A DNA stretch of 64,000 nucleotides from an uncultured virus (IMG/VR IMGVR_UViG_3300050019_000387) (IMGVR_UViG_3300050019_000387); one strand, 5' to 3'. Counted from the first letter of the stretch, positions 1 through 9,927 are shown. Numbers and translations: made by a program. The notes: a model not told the origin generated them from the sequence alone.

Positions 1-981
1 TCACATGCCGCGCCCGCCCGGGCAGACCGCGAAGAACTGGCAGCTGCGCGGGTGGCACAGCCGGTAGCGTCCGGGGTCGGCCAGGTCCCAGGGCTCCTCG
101 GGTGTGTAGGCGCGGCTGTAGAAGTCGAGCCGCCTGGCCGCTTGGGCGACGCGCAACCAGAACGCGTTGAGCTGCTCGGGGGTACGGGTGGTGGGCTGCT
201 CGCGAACCTCCAGTCCTGGCTCGCCGTAGTTGACGGTGTGGAAAGCGAACCGGCTGGCGGGTCTGCCCTCGCGGACCATTGCCGCCAGGTAGCCGGTGGC
301 TTGCAGGTTGCTGTCGGGATCGCTGACCCAGCTGCGCTTGATCTTGTTGTCGATCACCACGATCTCGCCGCGTTCGTCGCGTGCGAGGATGTCGAGCACG
401 AAAACCACTGTCCAGAAAACGTGGTCCGTGACGCGCACGGGCTCGAGTCCGTTTGCTCCGCCCACCCGTTCGCCGGCGACCGTCAATTGGACCGGGTGGT
501 CGTCAGGGAGGACCTTCATCTCCAGCCGGTGCTGTACCGCGATCGGCTCGAAGGTGTTGCCCAGCCCGTCGGGTGCAAGATAGGCCTGCAGGCCGTTGAT
601 CCCGGCGTGAAACAGAGTGTCGTAGTTGGCGCGGTCGGCCTGCTCGCCGAAGCGGATCGGTGCTCCGCGATCGTTGGTCTTGCGTTCGCGGGTCTCCCAC
701 TCGAGCACGTAGGCCTCGCAGGCGTCCTCGGCGCTGAACTGCTGGCCCTGGATCTTGTTGTGCATGTAGAGCTCGACGCCCCGGTCAAAGCAGTTGCCCA
801 GGTGGGCATCGCCGCTGGGTGTGTCGAACTCGCCGAGGATTCGCTCTCGTCGGTAGCGCTCCGGGCAGCCGAGCAGCGTTTCGAGTTGGGTGATAGATAG
901 GTTGCGGATGCGCTGCCCGTCAAAGCGCTCGGGCAGATAGGGCGGGAATGTGACAATGGGAACGGGTGCCGTAAGGATCAT
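1..981 (-). CDS. PD-(D/E)XK nuclease, Cas4/AddB-like with Fe-S-staple cysteines
   Basis: LSITQLETLLGCP start, LDIL...VIDNK, QATGY, C-terminal CHPRSCQFFAVC; ATG at 981 with AGAAAGGAA RBS (track start 1101 overlaps the neighbouring gene). Confidence 0.85.
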   Translation of the reverse strand: MILTAPVPIVTFPPYLPERFDGQRIRNLSITQLETLLGCPERYRRERILGEFDTPSGDAHLGNCFDRGVELYMHNKIQGQQFSAEDACEAYVLEWETRERKTNDRGAPIRFGEQADRANYDTLFHAGINGLQAYLAPDGLGNTFEPIAVQHRLEMKVLPDDHPVQLTVAGERVGGANGLEPVRVTDHVFWTVVFVLDILARDERGEIVVIDNKIKRSWVSDPDSNLQATGYLAAMVREGRPASRFAFHTVNYGEPGLEVREQPTTRTPEQLNAFWLRVAQAARRLDFYSRAYTPEEPWDLADPGRYRLCHPRSCQFFAVCPGGRGM

Positions 982-1000
982 CGGCGGGTTCCTTTCTGGT

Positions 1001-1030
1001 AGGTGGGTGCGCCGGAGGTGGGTGCGCCGG
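1001..1030. repeat. Perfect 15-bp tandem repeat (AGGTGGGTGCGCCGG x2)
   Basis: Read directly at 1001-1015 and 1016-1030. Confidence 0.9.
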
Positions 1031-1036
1031 GAGGGG

Positions 1037-2581
1037 TCAGGCCGCGATGCGTGCGGTCTCGCTGACGCGGGCCTCGGCGCTGGTTGTGAGGTGGTGCTCA
1101 AACGTCGAGTAGCGCCCGGCCGGGGTGTTCTGCTGGGTGCTGTTGTGGGCGCGCATCACCATCTGGCCGAGACGGGCGTTGTCCCATCCGAGCTGCCCGG
1201 CGCATCTGAGCAGCCTGGTGATCTCGCGGATCTTCTCCTCGGGCAGGCTGTCCCACGCGATCTGCCGCTCTGACCCCTGGCCTTGGGAGAGTGCGACCAG
1301 CCGGTGAACGACGTCCTCCCGATACTCGTGGTGTGTGATCGTCTGGGCTAGCTCCTGTAGCGCTGGCATTGGCTCAGTGCTCGGCGGGCCGCCCGGCGTG
1401 TCGTTCGCTGTCCCAGCTGGCGTCGTCGGCGAAAACGTCGCCGTCAGCGGCTGGCCGTTGGGAAATGTTTGTGGCTGCTCTGACGCTGTCGGTGGACTGG
1501 GCTGCTGGTTGGCCGATGGGGGATCCTCGGCGCCGGTCACAGGCGGCGGCGACTGGGCGTCCGCCAAGGCCGCTGCGGCGGCCAGGGCGGTCTGGGCCTT
1601 GGCCTCGATCCAGGCGGCGAACTTAGACCGGGCGGCCTCCCGGCCGGGGGAGCGCTCGAAATAGAAGTCGATCGCGCCCAGCACGTTTTCCTCCGGCACT
1701 TTCAGTGAGGAGAGTGAGGCGATCCATCCCTGCACCATTTGGGCCTGCGGCTGGGTGAGCTCGCCGACCTGGTCTTCGCCGCGGGCGAGTTGAGTCATCT
1801 GGCGCGCCACCGTTTCGCTGAAGCGGGCCGTCTGGGCGGCCTGCGCCACCTCGGGGTTGACGATCATCCCTGGAGAGAGCTCCGTCTGAGCGTGCGCGGC
1901 GCTCCGGGGCTCGGATGCCCGGTTCTCCACGAGTTGGGTATCGGCTGGCGGGGGGTCGAGGATCGCGACCCTGCCCTGCGCGGCCTTGCGATGGTCAAGC
2001 GGCTCGCCGTAGATGCGTTCGATGCGCTCCAGCCGCGCTTCGTACTGCTGGCGGATGTAGCGTTCGCTGTCCTCGTCGAGGTAGGGGCGCTTGTGTGGTT
2101 CATCGTCGTCCTTGGGGATACTCAGCTTCTTGTTGCCGGGCCCGCGCCACATCAGGATCTTTCCGACCGCGTATAGGCAGTGACCGACTTCGAACCACCT
2201 GGCGGCGCGCTTGAAGCTCTGCGCGCGCGCCATGAATTCGGCCATCGCCTTCCCGTCGCAGGTCGCCTCGCCGAGATCCTCGAAAGTGCGTCCGAAGACG
2301 GTCACGTACGCACGAATCTTCACGTAGTGCAGCGTCTTCTCGCCGCTCGTTCTCGTCTGCTCGGCGACCTCTTCAAAGAGGACTTCCCAATGGCGGTCGC
2401 AGACGATGTTCAAGCGGCTCATGACCGTCTCGCTGCTGACATAGAGTGCGATCTCGCAGGGAGCATCGATGTTCTCGGGTGCTGACATCACGCGTCCGTA
2501 AACGAGCTCGGGCGTGTAGGGGGCGCGCAGGTAGGGGAGAGCCTCAGAGAACGAGGCCACAGGAAATCTGGTGTCCGTCAT
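1037..2581 (-). CDS. Rad52/Rad22-like ssDNA annealing protein with long C-terminal helical domains
   Basis: YVSSETVMSRLN...W...SFKRAARWFEVGHCLY fits the Rad52/22 pattern; ATGA overlap with the helicase. Confidence 0.7.
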   Translation of the reverse strand: MTDTRFPVASFSEALPYLRAPYTPELVYGRVMSAPENIDAPCEIALYVSSETVMSRLNIVCDRHWEVLFEEVAEQTRTSGEKTLHYVKIRAYVTVFGRTFEDLGEATCDGKAMAEFMARAQSFKRAARWFEVGHCLYAVGKILMWRGPGNKKLSIPKDDDEPHKRPYLDEDSERYIRQQYEARLERIERIYGEPLDHRKAAQGRVAILDPPPADTQLVENRASEPRSAAHAQTELSPGMIVNPEVAQAAQTARFSETVARQMTQLARGEDQVGELTQPQAQMVQGWIASLSSLKVPEENVLGAIDFYFERSPGREAARSKFAAWIEAKAQTALAAAAALADAQSPPPVTGAEDPPSANQQPSPPTASEQPQTFPNGQPLTATFSPTTPAGTANDTPGGPPSTEPMPALQELAQTITHHEYREDVVHRLVALSQGQGSERQIAWDSLPEEKIREITRLLRCAGQLGWDNARLGQMVMRAHNSTQQNTPAGRYSTFEHHLTTSAEARVSETARIAA

Positions 2582-4701
2582 GGCTTGGTCCTTTCAATGC
2601 GGGTCGATACGGCGCGGGGGCCGAGGGCCTCGGCGATGAACGGGCTCGGCCCGGAGGGACGCCCGTTGCGCGTCAGCGAGTAGGACAGGACGCAGGTGCG
2701 CATGGCTCGCGTGAGCAGCACATGGGCCATGCGGCGCTCCTCCTCCAAGCGCTCGTCGCTGTCGGCGTGGTGGGAGGGCATGATGCGGTCCTCCATCCCT
2801 GCGCCGATCACCGCGGGCCATTCGAGGCCCTTGACGACGTGGATGCTGCCGAGGGTCACCTTGCCGTGGCCCTCCTCGGGATCCACCAGGTCCTCCTGGC
2901 CGGCCAGCGCGGCGTCCTGCAGCCATTGCTGCAGGGTGGGCTGCTCGTGCTGTCGCTCATAGGTCCGCGCGGCCTCGCGCAGCGCCTCAACACGCTCCGT
3001 GCGCTGGTCTTGCTCATCGTTTGTGCGGGCCAGCATGTCCGCCGGTCCGCCCGGCATTCGGATCACTTCTTGGGTGAGCGAGCTCACAGAGCGCGCGTCG
3101 GCTTGGGCGGCGAGGTCGAGCATGTCGCGCCCGAAGCGAAGGACGTTCTCGCGGGCCTCGCGGCTGGGCAGCCCGGTGATCATCTCGGCGCCAGCGGCCG
3201 CCTCGAGCAATGTCAGCCGATGCGTCTCGGAGTGCGCGATGAGCTTGGCGATCGTGCCGTCGGCGACCTTTTGGCGAATCTCGATCGCCCGCGCGAAGGC
3301 GACCTCGTCGCGCGGGTTGATTAGGAGCCGCAGGTGCGCGAGTACGGTCTTTATCTCCGGCCGGGAGAAGAATCCCTGGGTGCCCAGCAGCTGGTAGCTG
3401 ATGCCGGCGGCCGCGAATGCGTGCTCGATGCCTTCGATGACCTTGCCGTAGCGGGCGAGCACGGCGATGTTGCGTCCGGGGATCCCCTTCTCGATCGCAC
3501 GCCGCAGTTGGAAGGCGATCCAGCGCGCTTCGTCCTCGTCGGTGCTCGAGCCGTGAGCCATCACCGCTGGGCCAGCTTCCTCGGGGCGGTGAGGGCGCAG
3601 CGTCTTTGCGCGACGAGCTTGGTTGTGGCCGATCAGCCGGTTCGCAGCGGCCAAGATCTCAGGTGAGCTGCGGTAGTTCTCCTCGAGCTTGATCACCCCC
3701 GCGCCGACGTACTCGCGATCGAAGTCCAAGATCAGCTGAACGTCGGCCTGCCTGAAGGCGTAGATTGCCTGGTCGTCGTCGCCCACTACCGTCAGGTTGC
3801 GATGGCCGTTGCCGGTCGCGACCAGCAGTCGCAACAGTCTCGCCTGGATTGGGTTGGTGTCCTGGTACTCATCGACCAGGACCGCCCGCCACTTCTGCTG
3901 GTAGCCGACCAGCAACTCCTGGTTCTCACTCAGCAGTCCCACCGCGCGGCAGAGCAGGTCATCGAGGTCCAACGCGTCGGCCCGCTGCAGCTCCCCTTCG
4001 TAGTGGCGCCAGGCTCGCGCGACGATGTGGCTGATGTCATCCACCGCGCACGCGTCGTAGCTCTCGACGCTGACGCCCTGGTTCTTGGCGGCCGAGATCT
4101 CCCGCTGCACTTCGCTGACGCTGAGCTTGGCCCGATCGGCGCTGGTCAGCGCGCGCTCGATCACGCGGAGCGCATCGCCGCGGTCATAGATCGAAAACCG
4201 CGCCGAGCGTCGGACCATCTTGGGATGCCCGCGCAGGAGGCGTGCGCAGGTGGCGTGAAAGGTGCCGATATGGATGCGCTCAGCTGCCGGCCCGCACAGC
4301 TTGCGCAAGCGGTGGCTCATCTCGCGGGCGGCCTTGTTGGTGAAGGTGATCGCGAGGATCTCTTCCGGTCGCGCCTGGCCGGTGATCAGAAAGTACGCGA
4401 CCCGGTGAGTGAGCACCCGAGTCTTGCCGGTGCCCGCGCCGGCGATCACCAACAGTGGCTCGGGTGGGTAGGTGACCGCTTCGCGCTGCTGGATGTTCAG
4501 TTCCTCGATGAGCGCCCGCACTCGCTCCTCGGTCGCGGGGGCGTCGGCAAGATCGCTGCCGTCGTGGACGAGGTTGAAGCCGGAGGCGCCGGGAGGATCC
4601 GCGGACACCTGCGGCTGGGGCTGGGTGGGCTTGTTGGAGGCCGGCGGGGAGGCCTGGGGAGGCCGTTCGGGTGCCTCCGTGGATGCCTGATTGCTGGGCA
4701 C
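2578..4701 (-). CDS. UvrD/PcrA/Rep-family SF1 helicase (copy 1)
   Basis: AGAGTGKT, TFTNKAA, TFHA, DEYQD, VGDDDQAIYAFR, ENYRS, KGLEW, EERR..LTRA. Confidence 0.95.
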   Translation of the reverse strand: MPSNQASTEAPERPPQASPPASNKPTQPQPQVSADPPGASGFNLVHDGSDLADAPATEERVRALIEELNIQQREAVTYPPEPLLVIAGAGTGKTRVLTHRVAYFLITGQARPEEILAITFTNKAAREMSHRLRKLCGPAAERIHIGTFHATCARLLRGHPKMVRRSARFSIYDRGDALRVIERALTSADRAKLSVSEVQREISAAKNQGVSVESYDACAVDDISHIVARAWRHYEGELQRADALDLDDLLCRAVGLLSENQELLVGYQQKWRAVLVDEYQDTNPIQARLLRLLVATGNGHRNLTVVGDDDQAIYAFRQADVQLILDFDREYVGAGVIKLEENYRSSPEILAAANRLIGHNQARRAKTLRPHRPEEAGPAVMAHGSSTDEDEARWIAFQLRRAIEKGIPGRNIAVLARYGKVIEGIEHAFAAAGISYQLLGTQGFFSRPEIKTVLAHLRLLINPRDEVAFARAIEIRQKVADGTIAKLIAHSETHRLTLLEAAAGAEMITGLPSREARENVLRFGRDMLDLAAQADARSVSSLTQEVIRMPGGPADMLARTNDEQDQRTERVEALREAARTYERQHEQPTLQQWLQDAALAGQEDLVDPEEGHGKVTLGSIHVVKGLEWPAVIGAGMEDRIMPSHHADSDERLEEERRMAHVLLTRAMRTCVLSYSLTRNGRPSGPSPFIAEALGPRAVSTRIERTKP

Positions 4702-4731
4702 AGGGCACTGCTCCTTTCTGGTGGTGAAATA

Positions 4732-4859
4732 GCGCTGGCGCGGAGTGCGCTAGCGCGCGGGACTGCGTTTGGGCTGTGTTGGCGACAGCCCATGGAGGGC
4801 GCTGGCGCGGGGGTGCGCTAGCGCTCGGGACGGCGTTCGGGCCGTGTCGGCGTCAGCCC
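4732..4859. repeat. Degenerate ~60-bp direct duplication (4732-4791 and 4799-4859)
   Basis: gcgctggcgcgg(a/gg)gtgcgctagcgc(g/t)cgggac(t/g)gcgtt(t/c)gggc(t/c)gtgt(t/c)ggcg(a/t)cagccc occurs twice. Confidence 0.85.
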
Positions 4860-5198
4860 GTCGCGTTGCATGTCCTGGCAGAGCCAGCGCAGCTGGCAGG
4901 CGATGTGGCGGTTGTGAGCGGCCACCTCCTCCAGCCGAGCCAGCATTGGCAGGATCTGACGAGCGGTTGCCGCGTCCTGGGCAACCAGGAGTCGCAGCCG
5001 CTGCTGCTCGCGGCGTGCCCACGCAAGCATCTCGCCGGGTCTCTCGAGCATGACGGCCAGGCCGCCTTGCTCGTTCACTCTTTTAGGGGTAGGGATGGAT
5101 TGCAGCCGCTGATCGCGGCCACGAGTGACGGTACTCGCCAATGGGGGAGCCTTCCTTTCAGGTTTGGTGGGAGCCAACGAGCGGCGCCGGGTGCTCAC
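4818..5198 (-). CDS. Hypothetical helical protein
   Basis: 126-aa ORF, GTGA-coupled to the primase stop. Confidence 0.5.
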   Translation of the reverse strand: MSTRRRSLAPTKPERKAPPLASTVTRGRDQRLQSIPTPKRVNEQGGLAVMLERPGEMLAWARREQQRLRLLVAQDAATARQILPMLARLEEVAAHNRHIACQLRWLCQDMQRDGLTPTRPERRPER

Positions 5199-6379
5199 AC
5201 CCCGTTGGGTGGACTTGGCGCTATTGCCGCGGGCTGGTTGCTGGCTCGATGGTCGGATGCAGGCCGTCGGGCACGGTGTTGCTGTTCGCGCCGGTGACGG
5301 CTCATGCGCTGCTTGTAGGGCTCGAGGTTGAATGCCTGCTCGACATGCGGGCCGACGATCTCGCGCATTACCTGCTTTGTGATCGCAGGCCCCCAGCCCA
5401 CGCCGAGCATCACCCCGGCCAGGTCATAGATAGAGCCCCCGGCACCGCACCCCCAGCAGTGCCAGCCCTCATGCGGGGTGTCGAATACCTCACAGGATGG
5501 AGTACGCTCTTCGCCGCCCTTGTGCGCGGGATTCGGGCACTGGATGAACCTGTACTCGCCGGGATCGCGGCTAGCCAGCACGCGGAAGTAGTCGCGTGGT
5601 GCGATACATCGCGCGGGGTCCTCGTCGTGGAGATGCGCGGCAAACGCGCCGCTGCGACCGGGTGCGCGACGCTTGGCAGGCCTCCCTAGAAACTCCGCTG
5701 GCGGTTCTGGCAGGGGCCTGATCAGCGTCCTGGCGTCATACGGTGGGCGCTGCAGGTCCGCGAACAGGACGTGACACCAGTTGCCGTTCTTGGGGTTGAT
5801 CGACCCTGGGGCTCGCAGCAGACAGTTGCGGTGGCGAACTTGTATGTCTCCGGCGAGTTGGTAGCTCAGGCGTAGGTTTGCCCGCTCGACGTATTCGCGC
5901 TGGGGTGGACGCGCGGGCAGAGCCCTAGCAAGGCGCATGAAGGCGTGAACGCCGCGCCCCGAGGAGACCACGAGGTGGGGCGGGGAGTGCCAAGCCCACA
6001 GACGGTGAAGCTCGCCTGGCTTATCGATGTCCAGCCACACCAGATGGCTGTCGCCGGCTGCCTCGCGAGTGCCCTTGGGAGCGGTGCGCAACACCGCTCC
6101 CAAGTACACCTCCTTGCCTGCTGCGCGCCCGTCGGCCACCAGCGTCACGATGCGCTCGGTGTCGGTGACGTGGGGGTAGAGCTCGGGCTCGGAGCGGCTC
6201 TCGAAGATGGCTCTCTTGCCCGGCTGGCGTCTGGCGTAGGCGACCTCGATGAGTCCGTTGGCGCGATCGCCGTGCAGAACCCGCAGGTAGAGCCTGGTGT
6301 GCTGCTCGGGTGTGAGTTTTTCCTCACGGCGGGTGCCATCCGGGTGGACGATCAACCCGGGGAGAAGAGGGGTGCTCAC
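5195..6379 (-). CDS. AEP-superfamily (RepB-primase-like) primase with C-terminal CHC2-type zinc finger
   Basis: WLDID, SSGRGVH, LLRAPGSINPK; CPNPAH...TPSC...WHCWGCGAGGSIYDL; GTG at 6379 with AAAGGAG RBS. Confidence 0.8.
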   Translation of the reverse strand: MSTPLLPGLIVHPDGTRREEKLTPEQHTRLYLRVLHGDRANGLIEVAYARRQPGKRAIFESRSEPELYPHVTDTERIVTLVADGRAAGKEVYLGAVLRTAPKGTREAAGDSHLVWLDIDKPGELHRLWAWHSPPHLVVSSGRGVHAFMRLARALPARPPQREYVERANLRLSYQLAGDIQVRHRNCLLRAPGSINPKNGNWCHVLFADLQRPPYDARTLIRPLPEPPAEFLGRPAKRRAPGRSGAFAAHLHDEDPARCIAPRDYFRVLASRDPGEYRFIQCPNPAHKGGEERTPSCEVFDTPHEGWHCWGCGAGGSIYDLAGVMLGVGWGPAITKQVMREIVGPHVEQAFNLEPYKQRMSRHRREQQHRARRPASDHRASNQPAAIAPSPPNGV

Positions 6380-6438
6380 GGATGTTCTCCTTTCCGGTTT
6401 AGAAGACAGTCGGGACGTGAGGGCCCCGACTGCGCGGT

Positions 6439-7047
6439 TCACCGTCCGGGCTGCCAGTGGTTCGGCGTGACCCGGCTGGCCATTTCGTTACACAGCCGGC
6501 TTGCGGCGTGGCTGAGTGCGCTCACCTGGGTGTGCTCGCCCGCTAGGCGCGCGCTGGCCAATGCCCGCGCCAAGTCGAAGATCGCATGGGCCTGGGTGTC
6601 CAGGATGCGTTCGCGCTGTTGCTGGGGCTCGCCCGCGAGAACCTGGTCGAGGACGAAGCGGTGACCGTGATCGTCTCGCCAGTACGGGCGCGCGCGGTCA
6701 GGCGGATAGACCAGGAGTCCACTGGTCAGCGGTCCGCTGAGCTGAAAGCTCACCGGCTGCGATCCCATGCGCGCGGGCTGGGCGCTCGGTGGGACTGGGG
6801 TGTCCTCGCTGAGGATCGTTGGCGGGATGGGTCGCGCAGCGATCGTGGTTGCCGAGCGGTCGTCCTCGCCAGTGGTCGGGGCAGATCGCAGGGCGCCATC
6901 GCGCTCAGCAAAGGAGCGGCTCTGCGGGTTGGCTGCCACGGAGGGTGATGCTTGTTGGCGTTGCGGATGCCCCGGCCGTTTACCGATACCTCTACGCTCG
7001 GTAGTCCGAGCGACCTCGACGAGCTCGCTGGGCGGTTTGACTGACAT
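6439..7047 (-). CDS. Hypothetical protein
   Basis: ATG at 7047 with GAAAGGA RBS (MSVKPPSEL...); the upstream part of the track ORF is a shadow of other genes. Confidence 0.6.
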   Translation of the reverse strand: MSVKPPSELVEVARTTERRGIGKRPGHPQRQQASPSVAANPQSRSFAERDGALRSAPTTGEDDRSATTIAARPIPPTILSEDTPVPPSAQPARMGSQPVSFQLSGPLTSGLLVYPPDRARPYWRDDHGHRFVLDQVLAGEPQQQRERILDTQAHAIFDLARALASARLAGEHTQVSALSHAASRLCNEMASRVTPNHWQPGR

Positions 7048-7060
7048 CGCGGCGGTCCTT

Positions 7061-7531
7061 TCAGGTGAGGAGCCGCTTGACCTGGCGTTGGTCGTCGTCG
7101 CCGAGCGGCTCCTCCGGGTCGCGGGCTTGGCGAGCTTCGATCTGCCGCAACAGCACTCGGCCGATCGCAGCTCGCTGCTCGACGACTGCGAGCGCGAGCG
7201 CATCGAGGCTCGCGTACGCCGCGCCGAGTTGCTCCTCGGACAACGCGCCGCTGTCGGGGAGCGGCTCGAGGTCGACGACGGCTGATTCGAGGCTCTCGCC
7301 GTCGAGTTCGTGGAAGTAGATGCTGATCGTCTCCGCGTCGTCCTGCGGCGCGGTGGCCGGGAAGTCATCGGGGCCGTAGCGGCGGCGGTCCTTCCAGTAG
7401 TCGCGGCACCAGGCGGCGATCGCCGTGTTGAGCGCGTGGGGTGTCGCGGCGGTGAACTCGACCGGGTCCTTGCCGTCGAGGATGACGCGGGCGACGTGGA
7501 GCGTCGCCGCGGGCTCGGTTTCGTTGGCCAT
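7061..7531 (-). CDS. Hypothetical acidic protein
   Basis: 156 aa, AAGGAGG RBS, GC3-rich codons. Confidence 0.75.
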   Translation of the reverse strand: MANETEPAATLHVARVILDGKDPVEFTAATPHALNTAIAAWCRDYWKDRRRYGPDDFPATAPQDDAETISIYFHELDGESLESAVVDLEPLPDSGALSEEQLGAAYASLDALALAVVEQRAAIGRVLLRQIEARQARDPEEPLGDDDQRQVKRLLT

Positions 7532-7560
7532 GAAGCCTCCTTAAGGTCTGTTGTCGGGTG

Positions 7561-7601
7561 TCGCCCCCGGTCCGGGCGCGCGGGGTGCCGGCCGGGGGCG
7601 A
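7561..7601. other. Intergenic inverted repeat/hairpin
   Basis: TCGCCCCCGG (7561-7570) pairs with CCGGGGGCGA (7592-7601). Confidence 0.7.
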
Positions 7602-7621
7602 GGTGAGGGCGGGTGCCGCGG

Positions 7622-8773
7622 CTAGCGGAGCTTGCGGCGGTTGATCTCGGCGCGGACGATCTCGAGGTCGCCGTCGGGGTCCTGGGAGTGCTTCTCCATG
7701 CAGCGTTCGTACGCGTCGCCGGAGCGGGTTTCGAGCGAGGTCTCTGCGGCGAGCAGCTTCGTGTCGCCCATTTGCCCGTAGTTGCGCGGGTTGCCGGGCC
7801 CTTTGCTCGGCCCGGTGACGGTCGGCGCTGGCGTCTTCTTGCCTGCCGTCCTGGGGGCGGGTGCCTTGTCTGCGGGGTGACGGACGCCGTGGTAGACGGG
7901 GTGGCGCAGCTTGCCGGAGCGCTCGACGCCGTGGTGGGCGAGCTCCAGCAGTCGCCCGACGTACGCCTCCGGGTGTGTGGTGATGTGCTGGAGGTCGCGG
8001 TCGCTGAGCCCGGATGCGACCTGCCCGGTCGCGCCGCTCTCGAGCTTGAACTCGAGCGAGGTGACGGGGCCGGTGCCGTTCGGGCCGGAGCAGACGACGC
8101 CGGCGCAGAGCCCCTCGGCGGTGTCTTGCGGCTTGTGGCGGTACCAGTCGGTGCGCGCCCCGTGCCGGTAGCGGGAGTCGCGGTGCTTGAGCACGACGCC
8201 CTCCTTGCCGCGATCGAGCGCGTCCGCTGCGAACTCCGGGGTTGACGGGACGTGCTCGAGGAGCACCACGGGCAACGCTTCGTCGGGCTCGACCGTGCCG
8301 AGCACCGGCCCAAGCAGGCTCCCGAGCCGGGTGAGGCGCTCGTGGAGCGGGAGGTCGCGCAGGTCCTCGAAGGCGATGAACAGCACATCGAAGATGGCGA
8401 AGGTGAGCGCGGGGTCCGCGTCGGTCGGGGTGTGCACCCTGGCCGACTCGAGGATCGTTCCGGTGCGGCGCAGCACGCGTGGGCGGGCGCGGTCGACGAG
8501 CTCACCGTCGAACACGGTGCCCTCCGGCACACCATTCCCCGAGAGGTAGCTCGGGATGTAGGGGACCTGGCTGATCAGGTGCCCGTTGCGTGAGCGCAGC
8601 ACGCCGCCGGTTGCCGTCATGGCGCACAGCGCGCGCCAGCCATCTTCCTTCCATGAGGCGAGCAGCGTGGGGTCGTCGGGAACGCTGTCGAGCGATCCGG
8701 GACGACAGAGCATCGGTAGGCCGATCGGCCGATCCGAGATGTCGAACGCGGGCAGTGGGGCGGGATTCGCCAT
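7622..8773 (-). CDS. ATP-dependent DNA ligase (adenylation + OB domains, extra C-terminal tail)
   Basis: KEDGWR (KxDGxR), FDGEL, FAIFDVL, EGVVLK, LRHPVYHGVR. Confidence 0.9.
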   Translation of the reverse strand: MANPAPLPAFDISDRPIGLPMLCRPGSLDSVPDDPTLLASWKEDGWRALCAMTATGGVLRSRNGHLISQVPYIPSYLSGNGVPEGTVFDGELVDRARPRVLRRTGTILESARVHTPTDADPALTFAIFDVLFIAFEDLRDLPLHERLTRLGSLLGPVLGTVEPDEALPVVLLEHVPSTPEFAADALDRGKEGVVLKHRDSRYRHGARTDWYRHKPQDTAEGLCAGVVCSGPNGTGPVTSLEFKLESGATGQVASGLSDRDLQHITTHPEAYVGRLLELAHHGVERSGKLRHPVYHGVRHPADKAPAPRTAGKKTPAPTVTGPSKGPGNPRNYGQMGDTKLLAAETSLETRSGDAYERCMEKHSQDPDGDLEIVRAEINRRKLR

Positions 8774-8880
8774 GAACGTCTCCTTCGTTTGAGTTGGGCG
8801 CGGCCAAGCGGCCCGTGTGGGACGCGGACGCGCATCAGTGGGCAGCTCGGCGCCGGGCTGCCCGTGCGGGCCTGGGGTGT

Positions 8881-9096
8881 TCAGCCGCGGGGAACCGGCA
8901 GCAGCGCGTAGCGGTCTGCCGTGTTGAGCCAGGCGGTCACTTCCGGGTCGCGGGCGATGGTGGCTGCGGCCAGCAGGTCGAGCCTGCTCGGTGCCGGGCC
9001 GGTCGCCTCCTCGACGTGGCGGGCGATGCTCCCGAGCTTGACCAGCAACCCAAGCGTCGGGTGCAGCTCATCGGGGATCTCGCCGGGCGCGCTCAC
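8881..9096 (-). CDS. Small hypothetical protein
   Basis: GTG at 9096 coupled (GTGA) to the upstream stop; MSAPGEIPDELHP... Confidence 0.6.
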   Translation of the reverse strand: MSAPGEIPDELHPTLGLLVKLGSIARHVEEATGPAPSRLDLLAAATIARDPEVTAWLNTADRYALLPVPRG

Positions 9097-9848
9097 GCCG
9101 CAAGCTCCCCGAGCTCCGGGGGATCGCTGACCGAGTCGAACGATCCGGCGGCGCAAACGCGGCGGCCCTCCTCGTCGCAGCCCGCGCACAGATCACGACC
9201 CGGGGTCGGTGGCTCTTCACCACACCAGCGGCAGCGGCCTTCGACTTCGTTGCGGCACTCGCTACAGCACTCGCGCTCACCGCCTTCGAGGCGATCACCG
9301 CAACCCGGGCAGCGCTCCCCGAACGCCGCGTCGTGCTCGCTGGCAGGCCCGCCGGCGGCTGTGGGGTCGTCGGGGCACATCAGCGTACGGGCTCCCCCGG
9401 CGAGCGCGCCGATCGCGGCGCCCAGGCAGTCCGGGGCGTCCTCTTCGAACTCGGTGCTGGACCAGTAGGCGATCTCCTCGCCGTCGGGGGCGCAGATCCG
9501 CACACTGTCGACCTCGTCGGGGGCGGGGTCGAAGCGGATCGTGCGGCCGCTGTCGTAGTCGGCGACCGCGCACTCGTGCCACTCGCTGGGGTCCTGGTCG
9601 GCGGGCTGGCGCAGCTCGCGGTTCTCGCGGCGGCCGGGGATCAGCGCGTCGGCGAGCCGGGTGAGCTCTGCGTTTGGGGCGGCGGCGAGCGCGTCGGCGT
9701 TGGTGCGGTGGATCTCGATGCCGTCGACGACGACCGCTGCCCACGTGCAGTCGTTGGGGTAGGGCGGGCAGGTCAGTGTGCGTCCGTTCTCGAGAACGAC
9801 CGAGAACTGCAAGGGGCACTCGTCGAGCGCCTGGGCGGATGCGGGCAT
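9093..9848 (-). CDS. Hypothetical protein with internal repeat and C-terminal CxxC zinc ribbons; paralog of 9928-10418
   Basis: GRTLTCP...GIEIHR and GRTIRFDP...GEEIAYW repeat units; CPGC, CSEC, CRWC, CAGC. Confidence 0.8.
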   Translation of the reverse strand: MPASAQALDECPLQFSVVLENGRTLTCPPYPNDCTWAAVVVDGIEIHRTNADALAAAPNAELTRLADALIPGRRENRELRQPADQDPSEWHECAVADYDSGRTIRFDPAPDEVDSVRICAPDGEEIAYWSSTEFEEDAPDCLGAAIGALAGGARTLMCPDDPTAAGGPASEHDAAFGERCPGCGDRLEGGERECCSECRNEVEGRCRWCGEEPPTPGRDLCAGCDEEGRRVCAAGSFDSVSDPPELGELAA

Positions 9849-9927
9849 CCGGTTCTCCTTTCTGTAGACGACGGTCGGCGCCAGATCGGCGCGGACCGCT
9901 TCGGTCAGGTGTGGCGGCGCGTAGCGT

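Noticed and set aside
1001..1030. 15-bp tandem repeat as iterons; likewise the 12-bp repeat near 21348-21375
   Set aside because: Only two copies, with no AT-rich region or Rep initiator adjacent; likely slippage
6439..8535. 698-aa ORF in the track
   Set aside because: The part upstream of 7047 is an out-of-frame overlap of the ligase and the 7061 gene (S/T/R-rich)
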